In this document: positions 38,755 to 51,441 of the stretch, one piece after another
Layout of the letters: every line of letters begins with the position of its first letter
Numbering within the stretch: the first letter of the stretch is position 1
Source: Lingula anatina
Lineage: Eukaryota > Animalia > Brachiopoda
NCBI GenBank assembly: GCA_051362555.1
Contig: CM120642.1
Location: 33,170,001-33,234,000 of the forward strand
Length of the DNA stretch: 64,000 bases
Direction: 5' to 3'
Notes under the pieces: generated by a model
What the model was told of the DNA's origin: nothing
What the model saw: only the letters and a program-made list of their open reading frames with translations
Database searches by the model: none
Translations under genes and position numbers: made by a program

Positions 38755-38794
<40 letters not shown>

Positions 38795-40048
38795 GTGTGT
38801 GTGTGTTTGTGTGTAAAACAAACCGCCGAACTTACTACTGCCTCCTTTCGCTACATCCGCACAGTTTATCAATAACGAAAACTATCCGCGAAATTAATTT
38901 TCAAATAAACCGCAACTTAACCGGTCTCTTAAACTTGCAGCGTTAAGCTTGGCAACAAAGCCGTGAATCTGACAAAAGTTAAGAATTTTTTCAGCCTAAG
39001 ATCCGTACTGAAGCGCCTGTTAATCCTCTCTAACCGAGGAGTCAAAACTATGTACACATCAACACGACCGCTTTCTTTGACCTTCTAGATAAACTTCACC
39101 ACAACTCTAAATCCAAATGTGTGTTTCCTGACTTTGCCACTTATCCTGACAGATATTCTAAAGACTTTAAATTTAATTAACAGTTTCTTTAGGCAACATT
39201 TATCAAATAAAAAAGCAAGCGCTTTAGTGCGGTGTTGTGTTTGTTAAATATGAACGTATAATTTAACGTTGATGTACGCGGTCTTTTAACGTCGTCTGGC
39301 CGCTGATTTTATGGACTGATGTACACAACAGCACTTACATCATTCTGAAAAAATAATCTTTAGTTCCAATAATAATAATAATAATAATAATAACATTGTT
39401 GAGCCCATTTACCTATTTTGAGAAAAAACGAATGAAAAAGTGAAATATTACTTTTCATAAATATACGCTGAACATTTCAAATGATATAAATTATCTGTCC
39501 ATATGATACCACGTAATACATAAGTTTTTTTTTTTTTCTTTTTGAAAAACGGTAAATCTAACCTCACTATTAGAACAAGCCTTAATAAAACATTCCTTAA
39601 TAACACTAATGTTAACAGTGCCTGCAAATACTGTATAGACCAAATATTATCCAAATATATCCTGGCTAAAATCACCGATAGACGCAGTTCAAAATTCTAG
39701 TTAAATCTTCTGATAAAAATAAAAATATCTAAATTTGCAAATTGCTTTCTTCTTTATAATTCCCATTTCTCTTTAGGAAAAAAGGAAAATAAGTGTGTAA
39801 ATAGTCTAGAAATACAAACCCTTTTAAATGATAATAATCGGACTGGTTCATAAAAGTCGGCTTGCTCCTAGTCAGCATATTTCTTCTTTAAGTGAAATGT
39901 CAGTGATCTCAGATAATTATCGTTTCAAATATTTTGATTCGCACAACCACTGCCAAGAACTGTTGTTCCTTGTGATAATGTTGTCATTTCAACACAAACT
40001 ACTTTTATCGCAATGAGAAAAGTTTTGTTTGCTCTTGGACACAAGACT

Positions 40049-40062
40049 GTTGCCATGACGAC
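40049..40062. promoter_or_regulatory. RFX X-box-like motif
   Basis: GTTGCCATGACGAC, 1.5 kb upstream of FAM166-like exon 2. Confidence 0.45.
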
Positions 40063-40579
40063 TCCTCATTAACAAACTGAAGCTTGCTCCGTTCTATTCA
40101 GTACTAAGTGGTCACAAGTACCCACTTCGGGTTATTTTGAGGGGCCAAAACTAAAGCAACGTAACACGGGCCTAATAGAACACGTAGCTCACGCGAAACC
40201 TGAGTACAATGGCGGAGATAAAAACACTACTTGGGCCCCTCAGAATGTATATCTTTTGATTGAAACTTAGTATTAAGTCGTTGCTATTAGCGTTTAATCC
40301 GCAAAAGACGCTCAAATCAAAAACAGCCTTAATACTTAATCAGCGCTTTTTATCAAAATTCAAGTCATTTAAAAAAAGTCAAATTAATTAATCAAGCTAT
40401 TTCTCGGTACCACCTGTGTAGCTCTTCGACATGTTTGAATGCATTAAAACAATGCCATGAGTGATTTGATTGATTATATCTATATCATCATAATTGGTAT
40501 ATAATATCAGGCTTCAGCAAATAATGATAGAGGTTTTAGATTGTACAATTAATTCAACATTTGTGTATATACCAACCAG

Positions 40580-40725
40580 GGCTCCGTATCTCGAAAGGTT
40601 AGCTACGTTGCGCACGTGCGCAAACGTCTCGATTCCATGGCCCCGTATCTCGAAATAGAATCGGTTATGAAATCGAGACACTTGCGCACGTGCGCAACAT
40701 AGCGAACCTTTCGAGATACGGAGCC
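40580..40725. mobile_element. Palindromic MITE with CAG (CWG) TSD, Harbinger-like
   Basis: GGCTCCGTATCTCGAAAGGTT ... AACCTTTCGAGATACGGAGCC flanked by CAG/CAG. The inner arms carry TTGCGCACGTGCGCAA palindromes. Confidence 0.85.
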
Positions 40726-40997
40726 CAGTACTGATAGCATTACGAAGTATCCATCCCGTTGCTCTAATTGTTTGCTCTGTTTGATAACAATTGTATTTTC
40801 TCAGCAATGCTCTGTAAACGAGTTACAACTAATTGCGCTAAGTGGGAGACAAGTTGATGAAAGTTTTCTGGGTGTGCGTCAATTGGCTACAGGTGGCGAC
40901 ACAAGACGAAGTATAAGCAAGAAAAGGCAACTTCAAATTTAACTTGAAATCGGAGTTGGAAGGAATATCAGAGGAAGAGAAGGTCTACCAGTGTGTG

Positions 40998-41035
<38 letters not shown>

Positions 41036-41145
41036 ATCAGAAAAGACTATTAATGTTTAGCGTACCGTTTCACTGTCATGGAAACCGCGCTTACTAAACA
41101 ACGAGCGCACATGAACACAAATCACAAACAGTTCGTGCCTTGTTT

Positions 41146-41195
<50 letters not shown>

Positions 41196-41917
41196 AAAGG
41201 GGGGGAAATCAGGAACAGAGATTGAGATCAAAGTATGTTCAAAAGGTATGCTCAAAACAGTTCATAAGGTTAGATTGCCAATTGGAATTTAGAAATCAAA
41301 GGCAAGTCGGTAAAACCCATTTGAATGTGCTAGAGATTACTTCAACATAGATCAAACCATGGATATTCGTAATCCCTTGATCAAACGAGGAAGATTACCG
41401 ACCGTTGCACAGTTTATCACGTTTCTTGAGTTTATTCCATTAGCTCAAACCCACGGAGTCGAAACAGCATCATAAGCGCCAATTATTTTTCTCCATAGAT
41501 AGAATCCTGGTTTAATTTTGTCGGCGTAAATATGTAGTGAGCCGGATACAAGAATATCTGAACCCAAAGCATGCTTTAACCGAGTCAAAGGGGAAGGCAG
41601 ATGCTGTTCCCTGCCAGAAATCTTCTAATTTTAGCTGTTATTGATTATTTATATCGTTTCATACAATTTTGTACAATTTTAAGACATTTGGGAGAAAGGG
41701 GAGCTCTGTGTCCTCCAAGCTTATCTAAAATGTTTTTTATTCTTGCCCCCCCCCCTCCCTTACCCCTCTAAATCCATTAGGTAGTCGCATATGTGTATAT
41801 CACGTTAACACAATTTAGACAAATCAATATAACATTATCTTCGTTCTGTGATATTCTTGACAAATATCAATATATGATCGCCTTTACATTGCTGCCTGCA
41901 TACTGTGTACTATATGT

Positions 41918-41931
41918 GTTGCCATGATAAC
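41918..41931. promoter_or_regulatory. RFX X-box-like motif
   Basis: GTTGCCATGATAAC. Confidence 0.5.
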
Positions 41932-41953
41932 CTGTGGGCCAGAGATTCTCTTA

Positions 41954-42255
41954 GACCGCATTCACAACGAGTTGAGCCATGGCTCTACAAAGTCACGAAC
42001 TAAATATGGCGGACATACATGAAAGGAAAACCGCCTAATCTTTTAATAGTCTCTCCGCCTCTCACACGCCTCCCCATGTGTCGTCCCAAAGGAGCCGAGA
42101 TTTAATGACTGTATCCCCGCAGGGACGACGCATGGGGAGGCGTGTGAGAGGCGGAGAGGCTATTAAAAGATAAGGCGGTTTTCCTTTCATGTATGTCCGC
42201 CATATTTAGTTCGTGACTTTGTAGAGCCATGGCTCAACTCGTTGTGAATGCGGTC
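41954..42255. mobile_element. Near-perfect foldback MITE (family B, PIF/Harbinger-like)
   Basis: About 135-bp inverted arms (3 mismatches counted by eye) around a 34-nt loop (42088-42121). Ends are GACCGCATTCACA/TGTGAATGCGGTC with TTA/TAA flanks. Confidence 0.9.
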
Positions 42256-42268
42256 TAAGATTCTACAA

Positions 42269-42770
42269 GGGCTCGTTCCCAATGAAATTATCGTTCTACC
42301 AAGATCGACCCAACTCTGCGGGAAATCTCGCTGAACGCAATCATATTAACAGATTAACACGCCTCCTCCTGGCATTGAGTAGAATACAGAAAAGCTGGTG
42401 ATTATATGAGTGCGTTGAGAACAAGTTCTACGTAGAAAGATGGTTACATTAGCTCTGCCAAGGAGGTTCTGTTTTCACTCCTGTTTGTTTGTCTGTCTGT
42501 CTTTTTGTCATCAACATAACTCAAATAATGTTATGGACCGATTGTGATGAAATTTTCACGAACTGTCAGAAGTGGGCCAAGGAACAGATGATTAGTTTTT
42601 GGTGGTGACCCGGATCAGTAATCAATCAATAATCAATCAATAATCAAAAATCAAAAAAACTAAATTATTATAGAATGAAAATTTAGGGGTGAAACGGCAT
42701 TGGATGGAGACTTTGCTGCCTTGGCGGAGGTCTGTGCTCTCGGAGTGCTTTTCTAGTTGGGAATGCGCCC
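42269..42770. mobile_element. Family A-related MITE interrupted by a HINE in its right TIR
   Basis: GGGCTCGTTCCCAATG ... CATT[insert]GGGAATGCGCCC; homologous to 44133-44609. Confidence 0.75.
42449..42758 (+). mobile_element. Helentron-associated non-autonomous element (HINE/Helitron2-type)
   Basis: 5' subTIR TAGCTCTGCCAAGGAGG, TGTT/TGTC microsatellite, 3' subTIR CCTTGGCGGAGGT, then hairpin GTGCTC-TCG-GAGTGC and TTTTCTAGTT. Inserted at a TT. Confidence 0.85.
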
Positions 42771-43005
42771 TTAGGCTTGTACTAGCTTCACGCTATATTG
42801 TCCGTCTTTATAATGAAAACGCCTGAAAAACAATAGCTTGCTTCGAACAATCTGCCGCAGAGGGACGATCACCTACCACAAATGGAAGTATGTGTTTTTT
42901 ACGTCCAATTTACCAAGGAATACAAGCTCTGTGTAATAGGCCATGTAGTGTAACAATAGCTTAAAAACCCATGTACGTAAATTAAATAAACAATATATAA
43001 CAATT

Positions 43006-43036
<31 letters not shown>

Positions 43037-44132
43037 TTATTATGCAAGATGTCCAGGTGTATATCCCTACTTTTTATATGTAGCAGTGTAAGTGCATGCG
43101 ATATATTCTATTTAATTCAAGTTGCGTAGTGCTTGTTCAAAACTTAATAATGTTATTTGACCATTTTTATTTCTTCTCAAGATCAAGCAGTGTTTTTATT
43201 TATTTTTCAATATAATTGACGAAGCACTGAACACAAGCCAATGATAAACATTTCATTTTATAACGAATAATGTATATTGCCATTCATAATTACTATCATT
43301 ACCTTTTATTCTCTTCAGAACAACAGAGCAGTTCATCTAAGAAATTGTTCGTTTTGATCCTCTCTGTGTGAGCTGCTTAATGCTGGTATGATTAAAGTTT
43401 ATTGCAGAATTGACAGACAAGACTGTCAACGGCGGCATTTATACTTGTCACCTGTCTTAACCTTCTAGTTTTAACATCTCCATATGCAATAACACGACCA
43501 CCGTGTGTCTGTCTATGCAACCTTGGTAGATCCGAGATGGTACGAATACAAATTCGAGCAAGCATAGAGAAAATCGTTTTAGCGTTAAAGGTACACAAAC
43601 CCGTTAGACCTTAATGTATAAAAGAAAATGAAAAATTTCCTTAAAATTCCAACACTTTAAAATCACCAAGGTATGGCACTAACCATAGGGCCTACCGAAA
43701 ACCGTTTGCAGAAAGAGGATCTTTTTTTTTAGTTCCAAGTTTATGAGTTATCTTCGTAATGGAAATGGAGCCTGTTGAATCTCACTCTTACAGGTTTTTT
43801 TTACAGGGGATATTGAGTATTATGCATGGCATGTCGCTGTAATACTCTGAATCATTCTTGCCATTGTTCTCAGGTGTATTGTCACGTTTGTATACATATA
43901 TCTTCTTTGTGATATATTGCCGTTGGAAAAATAATTTCTATTTGTATGTTAGAGGCTATAACAGTGACTGATTTGAATTGATAGATGTCCATTTCTAAGC
44001 TTCGATCAATCAACAGCTGCATTACATTATAATACTAATCTGCGGATATAATGAAAAATTCTTTAAATAGGTAGATGAATTATAAAATTATTACAGTCCT
44101 GAATCTTGAAACTCAACATGCTCATATACAAT

Positions 44133-44609
44133 GAAACCATTCCCAATGAAACTATCGTTACCTCCGCCAAGGAGGTTATGTTTTCACCCCTGTTTGTCTG
44201 TTTGTCATCAACATAACTCAAAAAGTTATGGACCGATTTTGATGAAATTTTCAGAGTAGGTGGGAAATGGGTTAACTTAGAAGTGATTATTTTTTGGTGG
44301 TGATCCGGATCAATAATCAATCAATAATCAATAATAATAAAAAAATCGCTGTCTTGGCGGAGGTCTGCGCTCTCGGAGTGCTTTTCTAATTCTATGTAGG
44401 TCGATCCAACTCCACGGGGACTCTCGCTGAATGCACAAATATTAACTGAATGACAAGCTTCCCAGCGTTGAATACAAAAAAGCTGGTGATAATACTAGCT
44501 GGAAATCGACAGGAGGCGTGTTAATCCGTTAATATGGTTGCATTCAGCGAGAGTCCCCACGGAATTGGATCGATCTACATAGAATGATAGGCTCATTGGG
44601 AATGTGCCC
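44133..44609. mobile_element. Family A-related MITE interrupted by a HINE in its left arm
   Basis: GAAACCATTCCCAATGAAACTATCGT[insert]TCTATGTAGGTCGATCC ... GGATCGATCTACATAGAATGATAGGCTCATTGGGAATGTGCCC. Confidence 0.8.
44158..44391 (+). mobile_element. Second HINE copy
   Basis: TTACCTCCGCCAAGGAGGTTATGTTTTCACC ... CTTGGCGGAGGTCTGCGCTCTCGGAGTGCTTTTCTAATT; collinear with 42449-42758. Confidence 0.88.
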
Positions 44610-45289
44610 AATGTGTCACACTGCTATATGCTGGTAGATGTACAATGTAGATGAAAGCGTAGGCCGCACTTCTGGTCTGAAAGAAATAAGACACCGCCGA
44701 TCTTCCCGTGTATCTCCTCCCGGCGGAATTCTAATTTCTTGTTGTTTACACTAACTACGCGTATGGCACTCAAAGGGCAAATGATGTGAAGGTTTGCGTT
44801 TTAATCAGAACTCAAAGTGCACTCCATGATTACTTCGCCCCCGTTCTGTCACGTGCTCCACTGGTACTTCTTCTCTTGTTTGTTAAGCCGTTCATTATCT
44901 CCAATCTGGACACAAAAATGTCTTGGCCTCAGATCCTCACACGTTTGCGATAATTTATTTATTTTTCTAATCATTACGCCTGCACATAGGCTTTGAATTT
45001 CTCTTATAACTTATAATGGAACACAACACAATAGAAAAAATGTAAGAAATACCACGAAGGGGATTTAGCATAGACGTCATCACTTTGTCATTACGTTTTG
45101 CGGACCAATTATTTCAGGACACGCGCATTTCTGTCAATTTCATGCAATTAAGATAATGATCATTACAACAGTTATAAGTTCTTGATTCTCCAGGCTTGGT
45201 CTGATCCATTCATCCTCTACCGTTGGCTGCAGCTAATAAACAGATAGTGATCATGAGTTACCGCATTTGTTGGTAAAAAATAAAACAAC

Positions 45290-45885
45290 TGCAGCCTTGG
45301 AAACTTTGATAACATCAGGCAGAAAATTCGACAAAGGAATTAACAATAAAAATTGGCATAGCCAAAACCATTTTCGACAAGATAATGAAAATCCTCAAAA
45401 AACAAACCAAACTAAAAATATCTCAATTAGTTTAAGCTAGAATTACAGCTTGATTGTTTACAGTTAAACAAATAGATTGTTACAACTTCCGACCTTGACA
45501 TTTGGAAGTAAAAACCGTGCAATATCTTAGGAAAAACTAAGTGCGACTGAAATGCGGTTTACCAAGGAAAGGACATGTCCCAAATGAAAAACAAAGTAAA
45601 AAAAGATATTGCAAACCCCCAGAGAAAGTCGAGTGAAATGGCTGGGTTACGAGGAAAAAAAGAGTGAAAACATCTGGCAATCTCTGGCAAAATACTGTAG
45701 AGAGAACGATAGTAAGACAGAGCACGATAGTAAGACAAGTCCCGGCGATCGTAAGGAGCCCCAGCTAATGCATGGGAGCTTGGAGAAAAATACGAATTTG
45801 TCAAAAATGGGAGTTAACACCAAAGAGATAATTAGAAATGGAAAAGAAAGAGAACTGTGGAAATTCATGGCCGCCTACGTTTAAA
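45290..45885 (+). mobile_element. Degenerate 3' fragment of an RTE-clade LINE
   Basis: Frameshifted remnants read LITSGRKFDK..KIGIAKTIFDKIMKIL, RVKWLGY and ERELWKFMAA. These resemble the RTE ORF2 C-terminal blocks (YLG..I...G....EI..RI..A...F, LRW.GH, DR..WR). Confidence 0.65.
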
Positions 45886-47878
45886 AAATTGGACACATAC
45901 ATGTAGTCGCGTGCCCACACGCACACACACACACGTATACATGTTGAAGGGCATTTATTCATTAACAGCAGAAAAAAATAATAGAAGAAAACTAGAAGGT
46001 TCTGATGTGAATAACCTCTTACATTAGGTGATACCGACGGGATCGAAAGAGCGACTGTATATATCAAATTTAACTGAAATAATCGGATTAATCATATATT
46101 AAGATCCATAACATCCAAAAAAATCCTCATGTTCATGTATAAGGTCAATCTGTATCAGACTCTTTTCTTTAAACAAGAGAAAAGACATGCGTTTTGTTCT
46201 GGAAGGTGTAACTTGTAATGAAATTGCAAGGTATTCAGTTCACCTTATCTTTGACATACTTAAATAGATTTTGTACACTTCACAAACGTAACTTCTTCCA
46301 TATAATCCTTTTTAGCTAGTGCTACAATGTTGTTTGAACATGTGGTCTTCATGTATATGATTCTAAAACAGATCAAATGTTTCAGAAACAACGTTTGTCT
46401 GTTATTCATTGGACTTTATTCGGAAACAAATTATGTGTCTCTGCAGGTACATTTTGTAGTGGTTTTTTTTTAATCAACACCAAAATGGTCAGAAAATTCT
46501 AAACAAACAAGATAGTCACCTAGATGCACTTGTTTATAAGACTTCCTTAAACCGATTAATTGCGTACTCAATAAAATACGAATGACATGGCGCTTCCTAC
46601 ACGTGAGTTTGATGCAACATACTGCCATGAGTGACCCTTAACGTTAACAAGGTTTCTTAGAAGTCATTGCATACCGTACTGCACGTATCAGTGACATGGG
46701 GTTCTATATGAACAATGATGTTGGATAAGTATTAAGATCTACTAAAGTATGAAGTTAATTAACCCCGGTGGGATCAATTCCACAATTTATTCTGCGTCCC
46801 TCCTGATTAAACCTGCCCGCAGAAATGGAAAAAATGACCAGTGGCTTTTGATGTACCAGAACTAACCCATATCTCAAAGAAACGAGAGAAAGTTTTCCAT
46901 TATATAAGCGGGCGCGCACAGATGCCAGAAATACACGTGGGAAAAAACATGGCATCTGTTTTAGACGAGGTGCACGTTGGTTTGATCATGATAACAACGA
47001 GTATCACCCGGAGCAATGTCTCTGAGATAAGATCAACTTGAAAAGATAGCTCTTGCATACACAGATGAAACTCGCACTGGGATAGGTCTCAGTGACGTCA
47101 ACACACTGTCAGATTGGTTTATCGGTGATTTTAATTGGTTGTGAGAAGAATACATATACAGTGTAAGGTACCAGTAATGGTACACCTTTAACTCCTAAGT
47201 TACATTTGAGAATTGAGTTTTCTTCAATCAAGAGCTTATATTTAAATTGTTTACCGCCAATATTGCGATGTCTGTCTAATGCATCTTCATCAAGGAATAA
47301 GACTATATGTTGACTGAAGAAAACAAATACTATACTATATAGAGACTCAGTTAGCCTGGGTTTTTAGGCATAATGGCCCACCAGGGTGGGTGGACAGTGG
47401 CGTTTTAGCACAGCTTAAGCAATGGCTTAATAGTGGTGTCATTTAGTTTTAACTCTTTTCACTGGCAAAGTTAATGGCTTGATATCTTGGTGACGTACTG
47501 TAGTGTAATTTTTAACCAGTTCGGGTTTACTTCTATGTTCGTGAGTACTTTTAACGCACCACCTCACTGATGGCCTTGGTAGCTCTGAGGGAAACACGAA
47601 TCAACTCCATTCAGTATCTCCTTCATGTCTTAATGAAAGTAAATGCTTTTTTCTTGTCATTTAGAGAAATGTGTTTTTATTACGATCACTTTCGTTCATC
47701 AAATAGCATAAAAGTGGATGTTTCTAAAGGCATAGAACGTATCCACCAAGTCGTTGTATCTACGTATTTTTTGCCAGCATTTCCACAAAATATTACGTTG
47801 GCACAGTTTTAAAACCGTCGATCTGAGAAAAGAGGAAAACCAACGTTAACGCGAAGATACACGTGACAGAACTTCTGG

Positions 47879-47962
47879 CCATAGACTAGACAGTGCTTGG
47901 ACATAGACTGGACATTGGGCAGTGGTTTGACATAGACTGGACATTGGGCAGTGGTTTGACAC
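47879..47962. repeat. 29-bp tandem duplication
   Basis: GACATAGACTGGACATTGGGCAGTGGTTT twice (47900, 47929) plus a partial copy upstream. Confidence 0.85.
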
Positions 47963-48393
47963 AACCCACTAGTTAGATACTTTCTTTGACAGGACATTGG
48001 TAAATCTTCTCTGCTATTTGTAGTATGCATGTATCTATAGCATGCAACGTGACACTTCACGGCTTAAAACTGTGTTGGGAAATGCTTGGCAACGGACGCA
48101 GCTATGTATACGTATGTTAGAATCGAGCCCAGGCCCCATTCATTCTAAGTGTTTTAACATTTTGAAAAAAAAGCATCGATGTTATATGACATTAGAGTGT
48201 TTGGGTGGCAATCAATACACTTATACGTAAATTCCGAGACATAACCATAACTCTCAGAGAAAACTACGAGCTGGCTTATCGTATTGAAGCCAAATTTAGA
48301 GACGAACTTGGTCACTAAGTGACAGCCGTCACTATGCATTGCTTTACCGGCGAAATTTCTCCCAATTGATAAAGAAAAAAAGAGAAAACTTAC

Positions 48394-48446
48394 CGATTAA
48401 GATGCCGCTCCGCTGGCGATCCGGGGTTCATGATAGCCGTCGACAT
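48394..48446 (-). CDS. Candidate first coding exon of the FAM166-like gene (MSTAIMNPGSPAERHLNR)
   Basis: ATG at 48446 in a CpG-rich patch, with a consensus donor CG|gtaagt. Its phase 2 matches the acceptor at 38547, giving ...RHLNR-YAGHIP (compare H-I-P-G-Y-x-G in FAM166) and a 349-aa protein. Linkage across a 9.8-kb intron is inferred. Confidence 0.5.
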
Positions 48447-49841
48447 TGCCTTCCCTAACTACCTTTTTCCCAAACAAACTATCGATATTTGTTATTAAAT
48501 GTTCTCTTTTTTCACGAAAAGATCGTATCTTCCTAAAGCGTTGACCCCTTCTTGTTTACCGTATATTTACTACTGGTCGTGTTCTGCTTACTTAAGAAAG
48601 CTGTCAAAGGCGTACGTAGCAACCGTTCGCTCCAATAGCAAAATTCAATGTTAAGCCAAATTCAAACGCGTTAATTTCGCTAAATAAGTCTCACCTATGA
48701 GTCAAACAACTCCATATTATACGTCTTTATATAAATATTTATTTTGATAATTCTTTGTAGTATTTGTTACACTTTGTTTTGGAAATAAATAGTAAACATT
48801 CCCGGCTCACATTCACTTTTTGTGCACGGCAGCCGGGCTTTGCAGTGGACAATAAAAGTTAGCGCGCTTAGGTGGATAATGTATTGTTCCCAAACAACAG
48901 GTGCGTTGAAATGTAATATAGGAAAAGGTTACAACTGACGTCCTTAGTAGACGCTGATTGTAGTTTGAAGCAATATCCCCTTATCTTTGCCTTAGGACTC
49001 CTTTCGCTTCGATTGTCTTAAGAACATCTTCCCTGGATTTTATCTCTAGTGTTTTTTCCTAATAAAAAGATGTTCGTGTTTTGTTTAACACTTATAGTTC
49101 ACGTTATTACTAACCTGAAGCTGTGTGAGCTTGCGGTAATGAAAAACGTGGCTGTAAGATAAAAGATAAAATAACAAAAGAAAGACAGCGTCCAACTAAA
49201 ACTTGTAATGCAATCAATTAAGTTTATGATTAAATTAGGTTTGAAAATGCGTCACAGAAAAAAATAGGATAAAGAAACCTACACGGCAAAGTTTAACAGT
49301 GCAGAGGAATTGCATTATTCTTCTGTGTCAGTTTTGTTATAATGAAAACTTTTGTCTGATAATTTTGGCGTTTTGTGTCTTCACGTGCCGCCTACTGTTT
49401 TGCACAGAAAAAGTAAAATCAAAGTGTGATTTCACTGATCGCATAACCTCAAATTTAAAATTTTATAAAAACGTTATGAAAAATACACTCAAGTACTCTC
49501 TTTAGTTTTGTATTATTTGTCACAAATAGACGTTGTTTTTACACATACATAATTACGGATTCTTAAACAAACCATTACCTCGAGTAAACTGATCAACATA
49601 CGTTCATGAATCTACGCTTACAGCAATGATATATGTATATGATAGGTATGTGGATAAGATGCAAGCAGCATATATCATGAACACATGGCTGCAATCTCTA
49701 TTCAGCAGTGGAAAATTTTATTTTAAAACATTAGAGAAAAAAATTAACTTTTTATCAGATGGTTTCATTTATTTTAATACAACCTGTTGCTATAAATGAC
49801 TTGTGTGACAAAAACATATCACCTCAACCTTTATCCAGATC

Positions 49842-49943
49842 GCCTGTAAAATTTTTGTAACTACAGTAATTCATTTTAATGTTGCTATATATATATATAG
49901 CCTGTAAAATTTTTGTAACTACAGTAATTCATTTTAATGTTGC

Positions 49944-50029
<86 letters not shown>
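49842..50029. repeat. About 58-bp tandem duplication plus (TA)n tract at the Tc1 left flank
   Basis: GCCTGTAAAATTTTTGTAACTACAGTAATTCATTTTAATGTTGC(TA)n twice, then GTTGC(TA)n again. Confidence 0.85.
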
Positions 50030-50032
<3 letters not shown>

Positions 50033-51344
50033 TGATGCTCATAAGTTAAGCAACACCCCGATTTTTTCAAAAGTTTCTTCTATCATGATCATTATTTCAT
50101 TTGTTGGTGGGGTTGTGCATATTTCTTTCATATTTTATAAATAACTTATTCAAGTTGAATATTTCTGTTAAATATATACACAACATAGCTTATTGTAATA
50201 ATCAAAATAACTTTATTAACCAAACGGTACTAAAATATGCCAAACCATGTGTCAAAAAAGTATGCTCACACAGCAAAAAGTACGTGCTGATTAAAACAGC
50301 TTATTATGAAAAAATAAAGTTCGATCATCTAAGAATCAGTTTTAATAAAAGAAGACTGTAGATAATAGATGATTAATCCTCTATTATGCAATAAATATCG
50401 GGTGTGCCTTCCCTGGTTTTGAACAACAGCTTCACATTGTCTCCTGCAACTTGCCATCAAATTCTGCCAATCTTGCTTTGAGAGCCGTTCCATTCTTCAT
50501 TTACTGCCTGCTGGACCTCTCTAATGTTTCTAACTGGAGGTTGTCTCTCGTTTACTGCCCTGTCAATCATATCCTAAGCATGTTCTATTACATTGAGAAT
50601 TGGTAAATATGCAGGCCAATCCAAATGTGGGATACCGCGCTGTTGCAGCGCGTCTTGCACGGACCATGCTTTCTGGATGGGCGCATTGTCCTGCACCAAA
50701 ATGATTTTTCTTTCTGGATTTGCTTGAATGTGTGATTGTATGCACCCCAATGGTCTTTCGTCTCTGTATTGTTGACCGGGGCACCTCTCTTGAATGACGT
50801 ACGGTGGCAATTTTTCATTGTTTGGCTGATATGAACTGGTCCTGGTGGCATAATCGAACCAGATATCTTCATCTCTTGCGTCGGTTAATATAATTCTACC
50901 AGAAAAAGGCTTGTCCAATACATGATGAGTTTGGCGCCATTTTGCTACCAGCTTGGACACTTGACTTGGTGCTACTTTTTTGTTGCCTTGCAATCTGTCT
51001 CTTTGGCACCCCAGCACGATGGCTTCCCATTATTTGCCATCTGATTACCTCGTTGAGTCCTCTTCTAACCATTGGTTGGTCCATAATAACAAATTGTGCC
51101 CATGAAACTAGCCAAACTGGAAGCTCCTCATGGCATGGCCAAACTGTGTTTTTCGCAAGTGGGACCCCCATTGCATATTCTATCGTGTCCAACAGTAAAT
51201 AGTACTATAATGTCCAGGTCCAGTAAGTCAAAGTAAAAACAAGAGAAATATCTAGCCATTGTACAAATTTTGCCTCAATAAAATTTTTGGTTGCTGAGAA
51301 ATTCGAGAAATAAGAAAGTGTTGCTTAACTTATGAGCATCAGTG
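50030..51344 (-). mobile_element. Tc1/mariner transposon, internally deleted, transposase pseudogene
   Basis: Perfect 27-bp TIRs CACTGATGCTCATAAGTTAAGCAACAC with TA flanks. Minus-strand remnants include the HTH region (MVRRGLNEVIRWQIMG...RQIAR / VSKLVAKWRQT...SGR) and the catalytic D34E part (QDNAP...DWPAYLPILNVIEHA), with frameshifts, stops and a missing central region. Confidence 0.95.
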
Positions 51345-51441
51345 TATATATATATACTGGTTGATATCAATATCGACATAAGACTGAACAAACAATTATA
51401 ATATTACAATAGTGAGAGACGAGCAAGGCTTGTCAAGTTGT

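Noticed and set aside
44695-44730. 36-nt phase 2-2 cassette exon (IPPGGDTREDRR) for the FAM166-like gene
   Set aside because: The acceptor lacks a pyrimidine tract and the donor gtgtct is weak; there is no family similarity.
50574-51192. Functional transposase gene
   Set aside because: It is split over several frames with stops and lacks the central region containing the first catalytic Asp.
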